The notes under the pieces are model-generated. The model searched no databases, was not told where the DNA came from, and saw only the letters and a program-made list of their open reading frames with translations. A stretch of DNA of 64,000 nucleotides. Source: an uncultured virus (IMG/VR IMGVR_UViG_3300029705_002947) (Duplodnaviria; Heunggongvirae; Uroviricota; Caudoviricetes). Positions 62,070 to 64,000 of the stretch are shown here, one piece after another. The DNA is taken from the IMG/VR virus record IMGVR_UViG_3300029705_002947. One strand, written 5' to 3'. How positions within the stretch are numbered: position 1 is the first letter of the stretch; every line of letters begins with the position of its first letter. Position numbers and translations under genes: made by a program.

Positions 62070-62360
62070 TTATTTTTTATCTATTAATTTATCTATTTCT
62101 CCTAATAATTCTTCTAATTGTGCAACTCTGTTTTGTAATTGCACAATCTCTTTGTCTTTATTATCTTTAGCTACTCTTTCTTGTTCTAAAGCTTTTTCTA
62201 ATTCTGCTATTTTTTCATCTCTTGCTTCTACATCATCTTTAACTGCTAAAAATTGTTCTTTAAGCATATCAATATTAGCAAATAATTCTTCCACCGATAA
62301 AATTTTCATTGGTTCTAATTCAGGTTCTACTTCTTTTTTCTTTTTAAAAAATAATCCCAT
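62070..62360 (-). CDS. Small coiled-coil protein, paralogue of 63385-63858
   Basis: GGAGG SD before MGLFF; own promoter motif AACAATCTTATA at 62397-62408. Confidence 0.75.
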   Translation of the reverse strand: MGLFFKKKKEVEPELEPMKILSVEELFANIDMLKEQFLAVKDDVEARDEKIAELEKALEQERVAKDNKDKEIVQLQNRVAQLEELLGEIDKLIDKK

Positions 62361-62409
62361 ATATAAAACCTCCAATTTTTTATTATTGATATTCATTATA
62401 AGATTGTTT

Positions 62410-62545
62410 CTAATGATAAATATAAAGATTGGAGTATACCCCGTACTTAAACGAAGTATACTACAATCATCAACCATGGTTATAAATTTCTATCTTCGTC
62501 AACTCGAGGACAGATCTCTGTGGCATAGACTTGTATGCCTAACTT
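62410..62545 (-). ncRNA. Candidate ~135-nt three-hairpin ncRNA
   Basis: AACAATATAGTA motif at 62556-62545; hairpins 62539-62522, 62514-62489 and 62468-62427. Confidence 0.55.
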
Positions 62546-62560
62546 ACTATATTGTTAGTA

Positions 62561-63385
62561 TTAATATAATTTTATATAATCACCACAAATAAATGCTTGT
62601 TTTCCTTTATATATAACACCAAACCAATTGTTAAGACAATATTTAACTGTAACAACTTCTCCTTTTTTATATTGACCAAGGATTTTTTTATATTCTGCAG
62701 TTCCAGGTCTTCCTGCTCTAACATTTAATGCTGATGCAGTTATAACTGCTTTTTTATTATAAGTTCCATTTTTAAACTTACCATCGGCATTTTTATGTGG
62801 ATCTACAGGTTCTTTCGGTTTAGTTACTTCAACAACTGGTGCTGGAGTTGCTTCTATTTTAGCAATTATAGATTTTAAAGTTACTGCATATTTTTTATCC
62901 GTAGCCCATGTTCCAGATAAGCCTTCTACTGTAGGACACTTACCATATAAATAGGTAAAATGTCTTGGATCTAATGTTGTACCATTGGCTTTGTATTTAT
63001 CATTTGGATAATTTTTAGTTTCAGGTGAATACTTAGGACAATTCTTAGCTCCTGCATATAATCCAAGATGATCAGCATGGGCTTGAATTCCATCAGCCCA
63101 TGATTTAAATCTCATATGTGCGTTAGCTTCATAATCTCCTCCACCTTTTGTAGTTTTTAATCCACACGTGTTATGGAATGAAGCATTTAATACTCCACCA
63201 AAATTAAAATATCCTGTCTCACAACAAACTTGTGCTAACATAACAACAGGATTTATTCCATTACCTTCTGCAGCTTTCCATATTATTGGTAAGTTTTGTA
63301 ATAATAATTTATTTGCTGTTTTTATTGATTTAACCCATGCTTCTGCTTGTGCATATGTTGCTGTTGCTTTTCCTAATATATTCAT
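62561..63385 (-). CDS. Endolysin: GH73 glucosaminidase-like domain plus SH3b cell-wall-binding domain
   Basis: GINP....AQ...ETG, N.CGL, F.SW..GI.AH, WATD..Y; C-terminal LNVR.G...W.......FI...YI. Confidence 0.88.
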   Translation of the reverse strand: MNILGKATATYAQAEAWVKSIKTANKLLLQNLPIIWKAAEGNGINPVVMLAQVCCETGYFNFGGVLNASFHNTCGLKTTKGGGDYEANAHMRFKSWADGIQAHADHLGLYAGAKNCPKYSPETKNYPNDKYKANGTTLDPRHFTYLYGKCPTVEGLSGTWATDKKYAVTLKSIIAKIEATPAPVVEVTKPKEPVDPHKNADGKFKNGTYNKKAVITASALNVRAGRPGTAEYKKILGQYKKGEVVTVKYCLNNWFGVIYKGKQAFICGDYIKLY

Positions 63386-63858
63386 TATTCATCATCTCCA
63401 TCTTCTCTTATTATACCACATATACTATTTATTTTTCTTAATAAATCATTCTTCTCATTTACTACATCAATAAGTTTATCTTTCAATTTACAATTATCTT
63501 CATATCTTTCTTGTGCTTCAGATTCCAATCTTTTTATTTTATTATCTCTTTCTTCTATTCTATTTTGTTGTTCTTTTATAACATTATTCAACTCATTTAT
63601 ATTTTCTTCTTTCACAGCAAGCTCATTAATATAACCTTGCATATCTTCTGTAAGTTTTGCTATTATATCATTTAAAGCTAGTTTATCATTCTCAAGTTCT
63701 ATAACTAAGTTGTCTCTTTTTTTAACTTCTTCTAATATTAAGTTTAACTGTTCAGACATAACATCTACACCAGCTATTAGTTCTTTTACTGTTAAGTTAT
63801 TAATTTTGTCATCATCTTTTTTACTTTTTGTGTTTGTTATTTCCAATCTATAACCCAT
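63385..63858 (-). CDS. Coiled-coil protein
   Basis: AAGGAG SD before MGYRL; heptad periodicity. Confidence 0.75.
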   Translation of the reverse strand: MGYRLEITNTKSKKDDDKINNLTVKELIAGVDVMSEQLNLILEEVKKRDNLVIELENDKLALNDIIAKLTEDMQGYINELAVKEENINELNNVIKEQQNRIEERDNKIKRLESEAQERYEDNCKLKDKLIDVVNEKNDLLRKINSICGIIREDGDDE

Positions 63859-63874
63859 TATTACCAACTCCTTT

Positions 63875-64000
63875 TTATAATTCGAATGTAATTTCTCTTG
63901 CTTCAACATTAACATTTGTTAGTTTAACTGTTACCTCATCCCCAACTCTGAACGCTATTATGTGCATTTCATCACTATGTCCTTGACCTATTAATTCATG
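63875..64000 (-). CDS. C-terminus of an S1-domain protein, RNase R-like (partial)
   Basis: Open frame HELIGQGHSDEMHIIAFRVGDEVTVKLTNVNVEAREITFEL*, resembling the RNase R S1 end (L.G...F..GD.V.V....V....R.I.F.L). Confidence 0.55.
   Translation of the reverse strand, partial: HELIGQGHSDEMHIIAFRVGDEVTVKLTNVNVEAREITFEL

Noticed and set aside
62361..62477. N-terminal extension of the 62070 ORF given in the track
   Set aside because: GGAGG SD and promoter motif support the start at 62360; the extension overlaps the structured RNA candidate
51480..62556. tRNA or tmRNA identity for the structured intergenic segments
   Set aside because: No T-loop GTTCRA, acceptor stem with CCA, or tag reading frame seen
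63859..63920. Longer start of ORF 63385 and a near-match promoter AACAAATGTTAA
   Set aside because: Mostly inside the upstream S1-domain reading frame; the SD supports ATG 63858

Overview
A very AT-rich segment of what looks like a jumbo phage of the phiKZ/AR9(PBS1)-like class, probably infecting a low-GC Gram-positive host (inferred from strong SD sequences, a Firmicutes-type ThyA, a phiLC3-type holin and a GH73-SH3b endolysin). Positions 1-26.5 kb (+) hold a fibre/adhesin cluster: a 5058-aa ten-module DUF285/BspA-type LRR protein, a collagen-like fibre, coiled-coil and adaptor proteins, and a holin. The rest is mostly on the minus strand: DHFR, ThyA, virion/baseplate-like proteins, two halves of a split multisubunit RNAP beta' (NADFDGD), a stand-alone mini PolB-like core, a kinase-like protein, a dCMP deaminase-Nudix fusion, an HNH endonuclease, RNase H, a 2525-aa LamG-CotH-LRR protein, an endolysin and the 3' end of an RNase R-like gene. 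Two promoter classes can be read from the intergenic DNA: AACA-N6-TA (AR9 late type) and TGTAAA-N17/18-TATATTAT (early type). Three late-type motifs point into structured non-coding DNA and mark candidate phage ncRNAs: an sRNA with an anti-Shine-Dalgarno loop (51491-~51580), a ~270-nt multi-stem RNA with possible pseudoknots (51867-51594) and a ~135-nt three-hairpin RNA (62545-~62410). All family calls come from motif recognition by eye; no searches were run.
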